From: Candidatus Iainarchaeum sp.
GTDB lineage: Archaea; Iainarchaeota; Iainarchaeia; Iainarchaeales; CSSED10-239
Reading direction: 5' to 3'
Length of the DNA: 32,000 nt
Assembly: GCA_028700115.1 (NCBI GenBank)
Contig: JAQVTI010000011.1
Coordinates: 1-32,000, forward strand
In this document: piece after piece, positions 1 to 8,881 of the stretch
Position numbering within the stretch: position 1 is the stretch's first letter
How the letters are laid out: each line of letters begins with the position of its first letter
Program-made: the position numbers and the translations under genes
The notes under the pieces: model-generated
What the model was told of the DNA's origin: nothing
Databases searched by the model: none
Seen by the model: only the letters and a program-made list of their open reading frames with translations

Positions 1-518
1 TTAATTTAACTTATAAAGTTTATAGTGTAGAACATGAAGGAAATATTGAATATTTTACTGAAATTATTGTTGAAGTTGTTTCTGGGAATAATAATTTAAA
101 TAATATTAATATTTGGCATGAGATACCTAAAGAAGTTGCAAGAGATGTAAGTGAAGTTATTTTTAAGAATACTCCTTCTGTATTAAATAATGATCCTGTT
201 GTTAAATGGAATATTGATTTAATTAATAAAAATAGTTCAAAAGAATTTATATATTTTGTAAATAAAAAAGTAGATTCTGGTAATTTTAGAACACTTGGAC
301 TTGGAGTTTTAAATATTTATGAAATTCAAGATATAGAAGATGTAAGTGAATCTAATTTTAATGTTTTAGATGTAGATGAAAAAGAAAATTTTGAAAAAAG
401 TGCTTTAACTGGTTATTTTATTTTTTCTAATTTTGTTGGTAAGATAATTATTTTATTAATAGGTTTTGGGCTTATTATTTATGGGTTTATTTTAATTAAT
501 AAAAAAAGAAAATTATAA
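1..518 (+). CDS. C-terminal part of a membrane-anchored/secreted protein (5'-truncated by window edge)
   Basis: Frame 3 is open from the window start to TAA at 516-518 and reads ...LTYKVYSVEHEGNIEYFTEIIVEVVSGNNNLNNINIWHEIPKEVARDVSEVIFKN...ILLIGFGLIIYGFILINKKRKL*, with a C-terminal TM helix and basic tail. Confidence 0.75.
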   Translation, partial: NLTYKVYSVEHEGNIEYFTEIIVEVVSGNNNLNNINIWHEIPKEVARDVSEVIFKNTPSVLNNDPVVKWNIDLINKNSSKEFIYFVNKKVDSGNFRTLGLGVLNIYEIQDIEDVSESNFNVLDVDEKENFEKSALTGYFIFSNFVGKIIILLIGFGLIIYGFILINKKRKL

Positions 519-567
519 TTTTTTTTAAAACAATTATTTTTAAAGACATCTATCTTTAGATATATTT

Positions 568-1542
568 ATGATGAAAATAGATTTAAATTCAATTGATTTT
601 TCTAAAAAATTTCATTTATTAATATTAATTATAATTATTATATTTATTTTTGTAATTATATCAATAATATATACTTCTATTTACTATAAAAATATTGAAA
701 AGAATTCAAAATTTAAATTATTTAAAGATATTCCTTATATTAATTATGATGATTTTGATCCATATTATACATCTCTAGATATTTATTCCCCAAAAGAATT
801 TACAAAAGATTCTAATTATCCTGTAATTATTTTTGTTCATGGAGGGGCTTGGAGTGAAATTATTGGATCAAAAAATGATAGGCATAGATATATTTTAAGA
901 GGTAAATATTTTACAGATAATAATTTTATTGTTGTAAATGTAAATTATAGGCTTTCTCCAAAAGTTAAATTTCCAACACATGTAAGAGATGTTTCAAAAT
1001 CTATTTTATGGGTTTATGAAAATATTATAAATTATGGAGGAAATAATAAAGAAATATATCTTATGGGTCATTCTGCAGGAGGGCAAATTGTTTCATTAAT
1101 TTCTACAAATGAAGTTTATTTAGAAGAAAATGGTTTAGGTTTAGAAAATATAAAAGCAAGTATTCTTTTAGAAGGAGTTGGATATGATCTTTTACTTGCA
1201 AGAGAATTAAAGCTTGATAGTAAAATTATAGATAAGTATTATACATTAGTTTCTTTTGGTTCTTCAGAAAATATATTAAAAAATGCATCTTCTATAAATT
1301 ATATTGATGAAAATAAAAATATCCCACCAATACTTTTAATAAATGCAGAAAGAACTATTTTTAGAATATCTAAAATAGAAGCTAGAGAATTTTATAAAAA
1401 ACTTATAAAAAATAATATTTATTCAGAACATCATACTATTTTAGGAAAATCACATACTACTTTAAATAAAGAATTTGGTTCTGAAAATGATAAAACCGCA
1501 GAAATTGTATTGAGTTTTATAAATAAATTTAGAATAGTTTGA
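568..1542 (+). CDS. Membrane-anchored alpha/beta hydrolase (esterase/BD-FAE-like)
   Basis: N-terminal TM segment; HGGAW oxyanion motif; GHSAGG nucleophile elbow; LILVHGG-like strand context (YPVIIFVHGGAW). Confidence 0.88.
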   Translation: MMKIDLNSIDFSKKFHLLILIIIIIFIFVIISIIYTSIYYKNIEKNSKFKLFKDIPYINYDDFDPYYTSLDIYSPKEFTKDSNYPVIIFVHGGAWSEIIGSKNDRHRYILRGKYFTDNNFIVVNVNYRLSPKVKFPTHVRDVSKSILWVYENIINYGGNNKEIYLMGHSAGGQIVSLISTNEVYLEENGLGLENIKASILLEGVGYDLLLARELKLDSKIIDKYYTLVSFGSSENILKNASSINYIDENKNIPPILLINAERTIFRISKIEAREFYKKLIKNNIYSEHHTILGKSHTTLNKEFGSENDKTAEIVLSFINKFRIV

Positions 1543-1848
1543 ATTTAATTATATTATTTGTTGGACACAAAATAATTTTTTAAAATTTTTTAATAATATA
1601 TTTATTTAAAATAAATCTTTATTAATAAAAATATTTAAAAAAATATTAATTTTTATTATAAATTTATAGTTAAAAAAGTATATTTTTATTAAGAAAGTAT
1701 ATATAAACTTATTTGTACTATATAATATATAATAGTTAACTTATTACAATTAATAATTATTGTTATTTGTATAAAAATAAAATTTTGATTAAAAATATAA
1801 TTTTTAAAATTTTTTTAAATACATAAATTAAAAAAAGAGGTTTTTAAT

Positions 1849-4317
1849 ATGATAAAAATTGATTTAAATAATACTAATAAGCAAGAACTTTTAAAAGTTT
1901 TAGAAAAACAAATATCTTCTCCTTCAAGATATATTATATCCCCAATAGATATTTCTATTTTAAAAAAACATAGAATTGATGTTAAAACATTTGCAAAAAA
2001 ATTAAAAGAAGTAAAAGCAAATTATACTGTTTTAAAAGGTCTTGGTTTTAAAGCAAAAACATTAAAATCAGCAGGATTTATTTTAAATGATTTAAAACAA
2101 GTAGGATTTGATGCAACTAAATTAAGAGAGCTTGATTTTAATGCACAAGAATTATATACTGCAGGATATTTGGCAAAAGATTTAAGACAAGCGGGGTATA
2201 CTGCAAGAAGACTTAAAAAAGTTGGGGTTAATTTAAAAGATTTAAAACAAGCAGGATATTTAGCTAAAGAAATTAAAAATGCAGGATATTCTGCAAAGCA
2301 AATTTTAAGTGTAGGATTTACTATTAAAGATTTAAAAAAATCTGGTTTTACTGCTTCTCAATTAAAAAAGATAGGTCTTTCTGCAAAAGAATTATATAAT
2401 GGAACATATTCTTTAATAGAACTTAGAAAAGCAAAATATTCTATTATAAAATTAAAAGAAGCAGGATTTACAGATGCAGAACTTGGGATTGTAAAAAAAG
2501 TAAAAAAAGAAAAAACTGAAAAAAAAGTAAAAAAAGTAAAAAAAGAAAAAACTGAAAAAAAAGTAAAAAAAGTAAAAAAAGAAAAAACTGAAAAAAAAGT
2601 AAAAAAAGTAAAAAAAGAAAAAAAAGAAATTATTGTTAAAACAGATTCTAAAAATAAAAAATTATTTATAATTGAAATAAATAAAGAAAATTTAAAAAAA
2701 TATAAACCAATAGAATTAATTAAAGGAAAAGTTAATGCAGAATCTTTAAAAAAGAAAAACTTTTCTGCATCTGATTTAAAAAAATTAGATTTTTCTGCAA
2801 AAGATATTTATTTTTTAGGATATCTTGTATCTGATCTTAAAAAAGCTAATTTTTCTTTGAAAGATTTTAAAGAAGCAGGAGTTTCTATTAAAGAATTAAA
2901 AGAAATTGGATATCTTCCAATTGATTTAGTAAAATTATATGATACAAATAGTATTTTATATGGAGAATTTGACGCAAAAGATTTAAAAAATGCAAAATTT
3001 AATTCAAAAAAATTAAAAGAATATGCATATACTGCAAAACAATTACATGATGCAGGATATAATTTAAAAGATCTTTTAAAGGCAAATTATAAATTTAAAG
3101 ATATTCTTGCTTTAGGATATACAATTAAAGATTTAAGGAAGCATTATACTTTAAAAAAATTATGTAATCTTGGATATTGTTTACAAGATTTTAAAGAAAT
3201 ATTTACAATAAAAGAATTAATTGATGCAAATTTTACATTACAAGAATTAATTAATGCAGAATTTGATTTAAAAGAGCTTATTAATAATTTTAAAATTAAA
3301 GAATTTTATTTAATTAATTTTTCTGCAATTAAACTTTTTGAAAATGGTGTTTCTTTAGAAGAATTAAAAGAAGCAGGATACAATATAAAAGAATTAATTG
3401 CATTAGAACCTATACAAGAACCTTTAGAAGAAAAACAAAGTTATTCTTTAGAAGAATTAAAATATATGAAATATTCTATAAGTGAACTTTTAGAAATGGG
3501 GTATACTGTTTTAGATTTAAAAAATTCAGGATATTCTGCAAAAGAATTAAAAGTAGAAGGAGTTACTTGTAGAGAATTAATTGAAGTAGGATTTGATATA
3601 AGAGAACTTCATTTTTTAGGATGTACTTTAAAATATTTTATAGAATATGGATTAAATTTAATAGATTTAAGAAATTCTGGATTTAATGCTTTAGAATTAC
3701 ATTTAGAAGGATATTCTTTATATGATCTTAGAATGGCTGGGTTTTCTGCAAAAGAACTTCTTCACATAGGATATACTGCAAAACAATACCATTCTGTAGG
3801 ATATACTGCAAAAGAACTTTATGAAATTGGATTTAGTATTTCTAGTTTAAGATTTGCAGGATATAAAGCAAAAGAATTAACAGGAATTGGAATTTCTATA
3901 AATGATTTTTATTTAGCAGGATATTTAGCTAAAGAAATGGCACAAGCAGGATATAAACCAATAGACCTTAAAGGAAATTATTCTGCAAAAGAGTTAAAAC
4001 AAGCAGGATTTGATGTTGCATCTATGAAAAAAGCAGGATTTTCTGCAAAAGAGTTATATGATGTTGGGTTTTCTGCAAGACAACTTCATTATGGTGGATT
4101 TTCTGCAAAAGAACTTTATGAAGTTGGAGTAGGTATAAGAATGTTAAAAGTTATACATTATGCTGCAAAAGAATTAAAAGAAATTGGATTTACTGCCTTA
4201 CAATTAAAAAAAATTGGATATAACCTAGAACAATTAAAAGAAGCAGGATATTCTTTTACTGAACTTAAAGATGCAGGTTTTTCTTCAGAAAAGATTAACA
4301 GACTTCCTAATAAATAG
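1849..4317 (+). CDS. Decapeptide-repeat protein (G[YF][ST]AKELKEA-type repeats) with Lys-rich linker
   Basis: Almost the whole 822-aa product is tandem 10-aa units such as GYLAKDLRQA/GYTARRLKKV/GYLAKEIKNA. GAGGT-like SD precedes the ATG. Confidence 0.9.
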   Translation: MIKIDLNNTNKQELLKVLEKQISSPSRYIISPIDISILKKHRIDVKTFAKKLKEVKANYTVLKGLGFKAKTLKSAGFILNDLKQVGFDATKLRELDFNAQELYTAGYLAKDLRQAGYTARRLKKVGVNLKDLKQAGYLAKEIKNAGYSAKQILSVGFTIKDLKKSGFTASQLKKIGLSAKELYNGTYSLIELRKAKYSIIKLKEAGFTDAELGIVKKVKKEKTEKKVKKVKKEKTEKKVKKVKKEKTEKKVKKVKKEKKEIIVKTDSKNKKLFIIEINKENLKKYKPIELIKGKVNAESLKKKNFSASDLKKLDFSAKDIYFLGYLVSDLKKANFSLKDFKEAGVSIKELKEIGYLPIDLVKLYDTNSILYGEFDAKDLKNAKFNSKKLKEYAYTAKQLHDAGYNLKDLLKANYKFKDILALGYTIKDLRKHYTLKKLCNLGYCLQDFKEIFTIKELIDANFTLQELINAEFDLKELINNFKIKEFYLINFSAIKLFENGVSLEELKEAGYNIKELIALEPIQEPLEEKQSYSLEELKYMKYSISELLEMGYTVLDLKNSGYSAKELKVEGVTCRELIEVGFDIRELHFLGCTLKYFIEYGLNLIDLRNSGFNALELHLEGYSLYDLRMAGFSAKELLHIGYTAKQYHSVGYTAKELYEIGFSISSLRFAGYKAKELTGIGISINDFYLAGYLAKEMAQAGYKPIDLKGNYSAKELKQAGFDVASMKKAGFSAKELYDVGFSARQLHYGGFSAKELYEVGVGIRMLKVIHYAAKELKEIGFTALQLKKIGYNLEQLKEAGYSFTELKDAGFSSEKINRLPNK
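2491..2630 (+). repeat. Coding tandem repeat, 36-bp unit (gtaaaaaaagtaaaaaaagaaaaaactgaaaaaaaa)
   Basis: Direct reading shows about 3.5-4 consecutive copies encoding KKVKKEKTEKKV. Confidence 0.85.
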
Positions 4318-4411
4318 TTTTTTTATTTTTTCCTTTATTTTATAAAGGTTTTTATATTTATATATATTTGTATTTTTAATATAATTTTTTAAAATTTTAT
4401 AAATAATTTAG

Positions 4412-5449
4412 GTGAATAATATGTCAAATAAAAAACATAAAGAACATAATATAACAGAAAATAAATATAAAATAAATAAAAAAGAATTATTAGTTTGGCA
4501 AATCTTTGCTGCTATTTGTTTAGTTTTATTTATTGGGTCAATGGTTATTGTCTTAAATAATAACTCTAAAGTTGTAGATAATAAAGAAAAATCTCCAATG
4601 ACTGGAGAAATAATTTTAGCTCAAGATGATATGCAGAAAATCGCTGATTTAACAATTGAATTTTTAAAAGTAAATTTTAATATTACAGATTTAACACTTA
4701 ATAATGTTTCTGAAGAGAAAGGTCTTTTGAAAATGGATTTAGATATTTCAGGTCAAAAACTTTCAATTTATACAAGTCAAGATGGTGAGCTTTTATTTTT
4801 AAGTGAAGAACCAATCAATAAGACTGAATTTTTAGAAGAACTTGAAGCTCAAAAAGAACAAGAAAAAGCACAAGCTCAATCTATTGAAAAGGTAGAAAAA
4901 CCAAAAACTGAACTTTTTATTTGGTCATATTGTCCATATGGAGTTACTGCTCTTAGCCCTTTTGGTGAAGTTGTTTCTGTTTTAGGAGAAACTGTTGATG
5001 CTAAGGTTTATTTATATTATGCAGGGCATGGAGATTATGAAGCTCAACAAAATAAAATTCAAGCATGTATTCAAGATTTAGGTTATTCTGATAAATATTG
5101 GGACTTTGCAGTTGGTTTTTCAAATAATATTTATTCTAAATGTAGTGGAGATATCTCTTGTGATAAAGAAGAATCTATTGCATTAATGAATAGTTTAGGA
5201 ATTGATTCTGTTAAAGTTTTAGAATGTGTTGAAGCTAAAGGAGATGAATTAGTAAAAACACATGCAGATAAAGCAAAAGAATATGGTGTAACTGGATCAC
5301 CTAGTTTATTTGTAAATGGTGTGAAAGTTAATGTTGCAAGAAATGCTCAAGCTTTTAAAACAGTTATTTGTTCTGGATACTCTACTCAACCTGAAGCTTG
5401 TTCTCAAGTTTTAGATTCACAAGGAGCATCTGCAACTGGTAATTGTTAA
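4412..5449 (+). CDS. Membrane-anchored DsbA/thioredoxin-fold protein
   Basis: N-terminal TM; 'LFIWSYCPYGVTALSPF' redox motif; 'YGVTGSPSLFVNGVKV' cis-Pro region; additional cysteines. GGTG SD upstream (tttaggtgaataatatg). Confidence 0.8.
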   Translation: MNNMSNKKHKEHNITENKYKINKKELLVWQIFAAICLVLFIGSMVIVLNNNSKVVDNKEKSPMTGEIILAQDDMQKIADLTIEFLKVNFNITDLTLNNVSEEKGLLKMDLDISGQKLSIYTSQDGELLFLSEEPINKTEFLEELEAQKEQEKAQAQSIEKVEKPKTELFIWSYCPYGVTALSPFGEVVSVLGETVDAKVYLYYAGHGDYEAQQNKIQACIQDLGYSDKYWDFAVGFSNNIYSKCSGDISCDKEESIALMNSLGIDSVKVLECVEAKGDELVKTHADKAKEYGVTGSPSLFVNGVKVNVARNAQAFKTVICSGYSTQPEACSQVLDSQGASATGNC

Positions 5450-5455
5450 ATTATA

Positions 5456-5477
5456 AAAGAGGATTTTTTTCCTCTTT
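5456..5477 (+). terminator. Hairpin plus poly-T, probable terminator
   Basis: AAAGAGGA-loop-TCCTCTTT inverted repeat followed by attttttattt, directly after the 5449 stop. Confidence 0.55.
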
Positions 5478-5501
5478 ATTTTTTATTTATAAGATGATTT
5501 T

Positions 5502-6308
5502 ATGCCTGTTTTTAAAAGAAAAAATTTATTTGGAAAACCTATTGAAAAATTAGATGTTGTAAACAAAGTTATAAATGTTAGTCGAATTTCTTTTAAAAAA
5601 GATAAAAATAATACACTTATTAAACTTGGTTCTGGGAAGATAGGAGATGTTTATTTAGGTACTGTTTATTTTAAGTATGGAACTAAAAGACAAGTTGCAA
5701 TTAAGAAATATAAATATGATATTTCTAAAGATATCCCTCTTTATAATAAAATAATTTCTGATTTAAGTTCTATTAAGCTTCCAAAAGATCCAAAATATCC
5801 AAATAGAAAAGAAACTACTTTATTGCCTAAGATGTGTTTTTTAAAAATAAAAAATAAATCAGGAGTTGAAGAATGTGTTCAGATCACTCCTGCATATATT
5901 AAAAATGGAAAATCAAAATTTTTATCAAATAATGAATTTTTAGGATTTAATGAAAAAGAAATGGTTTGGATACTTTCTGAGATTGCAAAGAAAGGTTATG
6001 ATCCTTATGATTTAGTTGCACAATTTAAAAATAATGAATCACTAATTCCAATCGATTTAGATATTTTAGTAGAAACTTATAAACATAAGGGTTTATTAAA
6101 AGGTGAAGAAAAAATTAATAATTTATTATATTCTTTAGCAAAAGTTTCTGAGATTGGACTTTTTGGTGGATTTGGGGATTTATATACATATAATAAAATG
6201 TGTGACATTTTAATTCAAATGAATCCTTCTTATAAAAAAATTATTAATAAAAATCGTAAATCTGTTTTTAATAAAAATAAAGAAGATTTAATTAATAGTT
6301 CTTTTTAG
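5502..6308 (+). CDS. Degenerate protein-kinase-like fold protein
   Basis: P-loop-like 'LGSGKIGDVYLGTV', 'VAIKKYKYD' lysine strand, and 'GDLYTYN' resembling the GDLxxxN catalytic loop; no clear DFG. Confidence 0.45.
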   Translation: MPVFKRKNLFGKPIEKLDVVNKVINVSRISFKKDKNNTLIKLGSGKIGDVYLGTVYFKYGTKRQVAIKKYKYDISKDIPLYNKIISDLSSIKLPKDPKYPNRKETTLLPKMCFLKIKNKSGVEECVQITPAYIKNGKSKFLSNNEFLGFNEKEMVWILSEIAKKGYDPYDLVAQFKNNESLIPIDLDILVETYKHKGLLKGEEKINNLLYSLAKVSEIGLFGGFGDLYTYNKMCDILIQMNPSYKKIINKNRKSVFNKNKEDLINSSF

Positions 6309-6362
6309 ATACTTTTTTAAATACTTTTTAGGACATATATTATATAATTATTTTATATATGG

Positions 6363-6992
6363 GTGCTATTTATGATTTATATTCCTGCTTGGCTTGCAAT
6401 TTTAGAAGTCTTAATCATATTTGTGCTTCCTGTTTTTTTAATGTATGAAAAAATCATACCCTTTAAGTACAGACTTCATACAATGGGTTTAATTGGACTT
6501 GCAGTTACTTCTTTAGTAGTTGTTCAGAAATGGACTTTAACAGATTTAGGAATTAGAGTAGATAACTTACAAGGGCATTTAGTGCCTTATGTTTTATTTA
6601 CAATTTTAATATCTATTGTAATTGTATATTTATCTAATACAGTTTTAAAAAGAACACATTACGTACATTATTGGACAGAAAAAAAGCATCATCTAAAATT
6701 TTTAATACCTAATTGTTTTTTACAAGAATTTTTATTTAGAGCTTTTTTAATACCTGTTTTATTTATATTTATAGATTCTTTATTTATTGTAGTTTTAGTT
6801 AACTCTATTCTTTTTATGTCAATTCATGTAATTTATTCAACTAAATTTATGGATTTATTATTTGTTTTTATAGAAGGTTTTTTATTTGCAACTATATTTA
6901 TTTTCTATCCTAATTTAATATTTATTACAATTGCACATTGTATTCATAATTATTTAGCTATATTTTATAAGTTTTTTGTGGATGAAAGGTGA
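6363..6992 (+). CDS. CPBP-family (CAAX-like) intramembrane metalloprotease
   Basis: Polytopic; 'FLQEFLFRAFLIP' (E..xR motif variant), 'FMSIHVIYS' and 'IAHCIHNYLA' His motifs. Confidence 0.75.
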   Translation: MLFMIYIPAWLAILEVLIIFVLPVFLMYEKIIPFKYRLHTMGLIGLAVTSLVVVQKWTLTDLGIRVDNLQGHLVPYVLFTILISIVIVYLSNTVLKRTHYVHYWTEKKHHLKFLIPNCFLQEFLFRAFLIPVLFIFIDSLFIVVLVNSILFMSIHVIYSTKFMDLLFVFIEGFLFATIFIFYPNLIFITIAHCIHNYLAIFYKFFVDER

Positions 6993-7046
6993 ATATATCA
7001 TGTATAAATAGTATTATTTAAATATATTTGTATATTATATTTTATT

Positions 7047-7628
7047 ATGATTATTAAACAAATTTCTAAAAAAGAAATTAAAAATGCAGACTTATTTCAA
7101 CAGGCTATATTAAATCCAAATAAATGTAAAAGATTTAGACCTTGGTCTGTAGTTTATAAAAATTTTTTAAGAAATCCTTCTTTATTTATTGGTGCATATG
7201 ATAAAAATAAAATAATAGGAATTGTTTTTGGGTATATTAAAAAAAATAAAGTTTTATTAGGAGAAATGGCTATTTCTAATGATTATCAAAGAAAAGGTAT
7301 TGGTAGAAAACTTATTTTTGAATTTGAGAAGAATGTAAAAAAATTAAATAAAAAGTATATTGAATTAGGGGCTTTTGGATCTGCTCAAAATTTTTATTTA
7401 AATTTAGGTTATACTCCTATATTATTTGTTCAAATTTATAAAAATAAAGTTAAAAAAAATTATAATAAGTTAAATTATAATGTATTAAAAGAAACTAATT
7501 ATATTGATGCTAAGAGGTTATTTATTAAAATTGATAAATTAGATGATAAACTAAAACAAAAAGCAGAAAAAGATTTTAATGCTTATAATGTAATCTATTT
7601 ATTTAGAAAAAATTTTGATTTTGGATAA
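7047..7628 (+). CDS. GNAT family N-acetyltransferase
   Basis: 'GEMAISNDYQRKGIGRKLIFEFEK' acetyl-CoA motif and 'LGAFGSAQNFYLNLGYTPI' motif B. Confidence 0.85.
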   Translation: MIIKQISKKEIKNADLFQQAILNPNKCKRFRPWSVVYKNFLRNPSLFIGAYDKNKIIGIVFGYIKKNKVLLGEMAISNDYQRKGIGRKLIFEFEKNVKKLNKKYIELGAFGSAQNFYLNLGYTPILFVQIYKNKVKKNYNKLNYNVLKETNYIDAKRLFIKIDKLDDKLKQKAEKDFNAYNVIYLFRKNFDFG

Positions 7629-7828
7629 ATTCTAATTATATCTTCTATAATTTTTATAATTATTTTATTTTTTTCAATTTTATATAAATTTTTATTATAT
7701 CTTATTTTAGTTATTTTATTATATATTTTTTTACAATCTTTATTTTTATAATCTAAAATAATGTTTTTTTTAGTAAATATAAAGTATATTTTATTTAAAT
7801 CTTCTCTTAATATCATTTTGAAATACAT
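7595..7828 (-). CDS. Small protein, possibly PqqD/RRE-like partner of the radical SAM protein
   Basis: 77-aa ORF whose ATG lies 1 nt after the distal TGA (7830-7832) of the radical SAM frame. Sequence MILREDLNKIYFIFTKKNIILDYKNKDCKKIYNKI... is reminiscent of PqqD-like domains (size and start pattern only). Confidence 0.45.
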   Translation of the reverse strand: MYFKMILREDLNKIYFIFTKKNIILDYKNKDCKKIYNKITKIRYNKNLYKIEKNKIIIKIIEDIIRIYPKSKFFLNK

Positions 7829-7829
7829 A

Positions 7830-8876
7830 TCAATCTTTTTTTAAACAATAATCTATATTATCTAATATATTATCTTTATTTAATATATCTAATTGTATTG
7901 GACATCTTGCGCATTTTTTTCATAATTTACAATCTGGACAACCTTTTATTTGTTGAATTCTCCAATTTTTAAATTGTATTGAATTCCATATTTTATTTAT
8001 ATTATTCAAGTTATTTTTAATTTTGTAAGAATAATTTTTAGCAAATCTTGTATAAGGTAATAAAGGACAAGGATATGCTATTAAATTGGTAGAAATATGA
8101 TAATAATGAATTCCAGCACCGCATTTAAAATAATAATCTTTTTTATCTAATGTTTTAAAATCAGATAAATCTAGTTCTATGTTGTTTATAATGCATTCCT
8201 TATTTAATTTTTTAATAAATTTTTTATCTTTAAAAAGTTTAATAATTTCATTAGAATTTATATTTTTATTATTATTTTTTCCTCTTCCTTTAGATAATAA
8301 TGGGCCTATAATCCATTTTTTTACATTTAATTTATTTAAAAATTTAGGAAATTCTAAAATTTCTTTATAATTTTTGGAATGAATTAAAGTTCCTACAATC
8401 GTATATATTTCATCTTTTTTTAGTTGATTTAATGTTTTTAAAGTATTATTGTATATTTTTTTATTTTTTTTAATTGGATCTCTTATATATAAATGAGATT
8501 GAGGATTAGTTCCATCTAAAGATATTTTAAATGCTAATAACATTTTTGATTTTTTAATTAAATTATATTTTTTTAAAGAGAATAATCCATTTGAAGTTAA
8601 ATAATAAGGTAATTCTATATGATCTAAATATTTAATTAAATTAATAAATTTAGAATATTTTGTAGGTTCTCCACCAGATATATTGACATATAATATATTT
8701 GTTTTTTTATAATAAGCTAATATTTTTTTTAAAATATTAAATGGAATTTCTTTTTTTATAATTCCATATGATCCATAACAATGAATACATTTTAAATTAC
8801 AATCAGAAGTTATACTTATATGAACATGTAATGGTGCTTTTTTTGCAAACAATTTATCTTGGTATTTTTTATCCAT
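7830..8876 (-). CDS. Radical SAM/SPASM protein, peptide-maturase-like, with an in-frame TGA at 7920-7922
   Basis: 'CNLKCIHCYG' CxxxCxxC motif, 'NISGGEPTKY', SPASM 'CGAG...YPCPLLP' and 'CPDCKL*KKCARCPIQLDILNKDNILDNIDYCLKKD*'. The supplied ORF stops at 7920, but the SPASM motif continues in frame to a second TGA at 7830-7832. Confidence 0.85.
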
Positions 8877-8881
8877 TTTAA

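Noticed and set aside
1622-1658. AT-only inverted repeat TAATAAAAAT...ATTTTTATTA in the 1543-1848 intergenic region
   Set aside because: Could be a terminator, but in such AT-rich sequence similar palindromes are common by chance, so it is not reported as a feature.
1849-4317. Interpreting the regular 30-bp periodicity as a CRISPR-like or non-coding repeat array
   Set aside because: The periodicity is coding (one intact 822-aa frame with synonymous and conservative variation), with no identical repeats separated by unique spacers.
8179-8370. 63-aa ORF antisense to the radical SAM gene
   Set aside because: Fully inside a well-supported gene on the other strand; composition is typical of an antisense shadow ORF.
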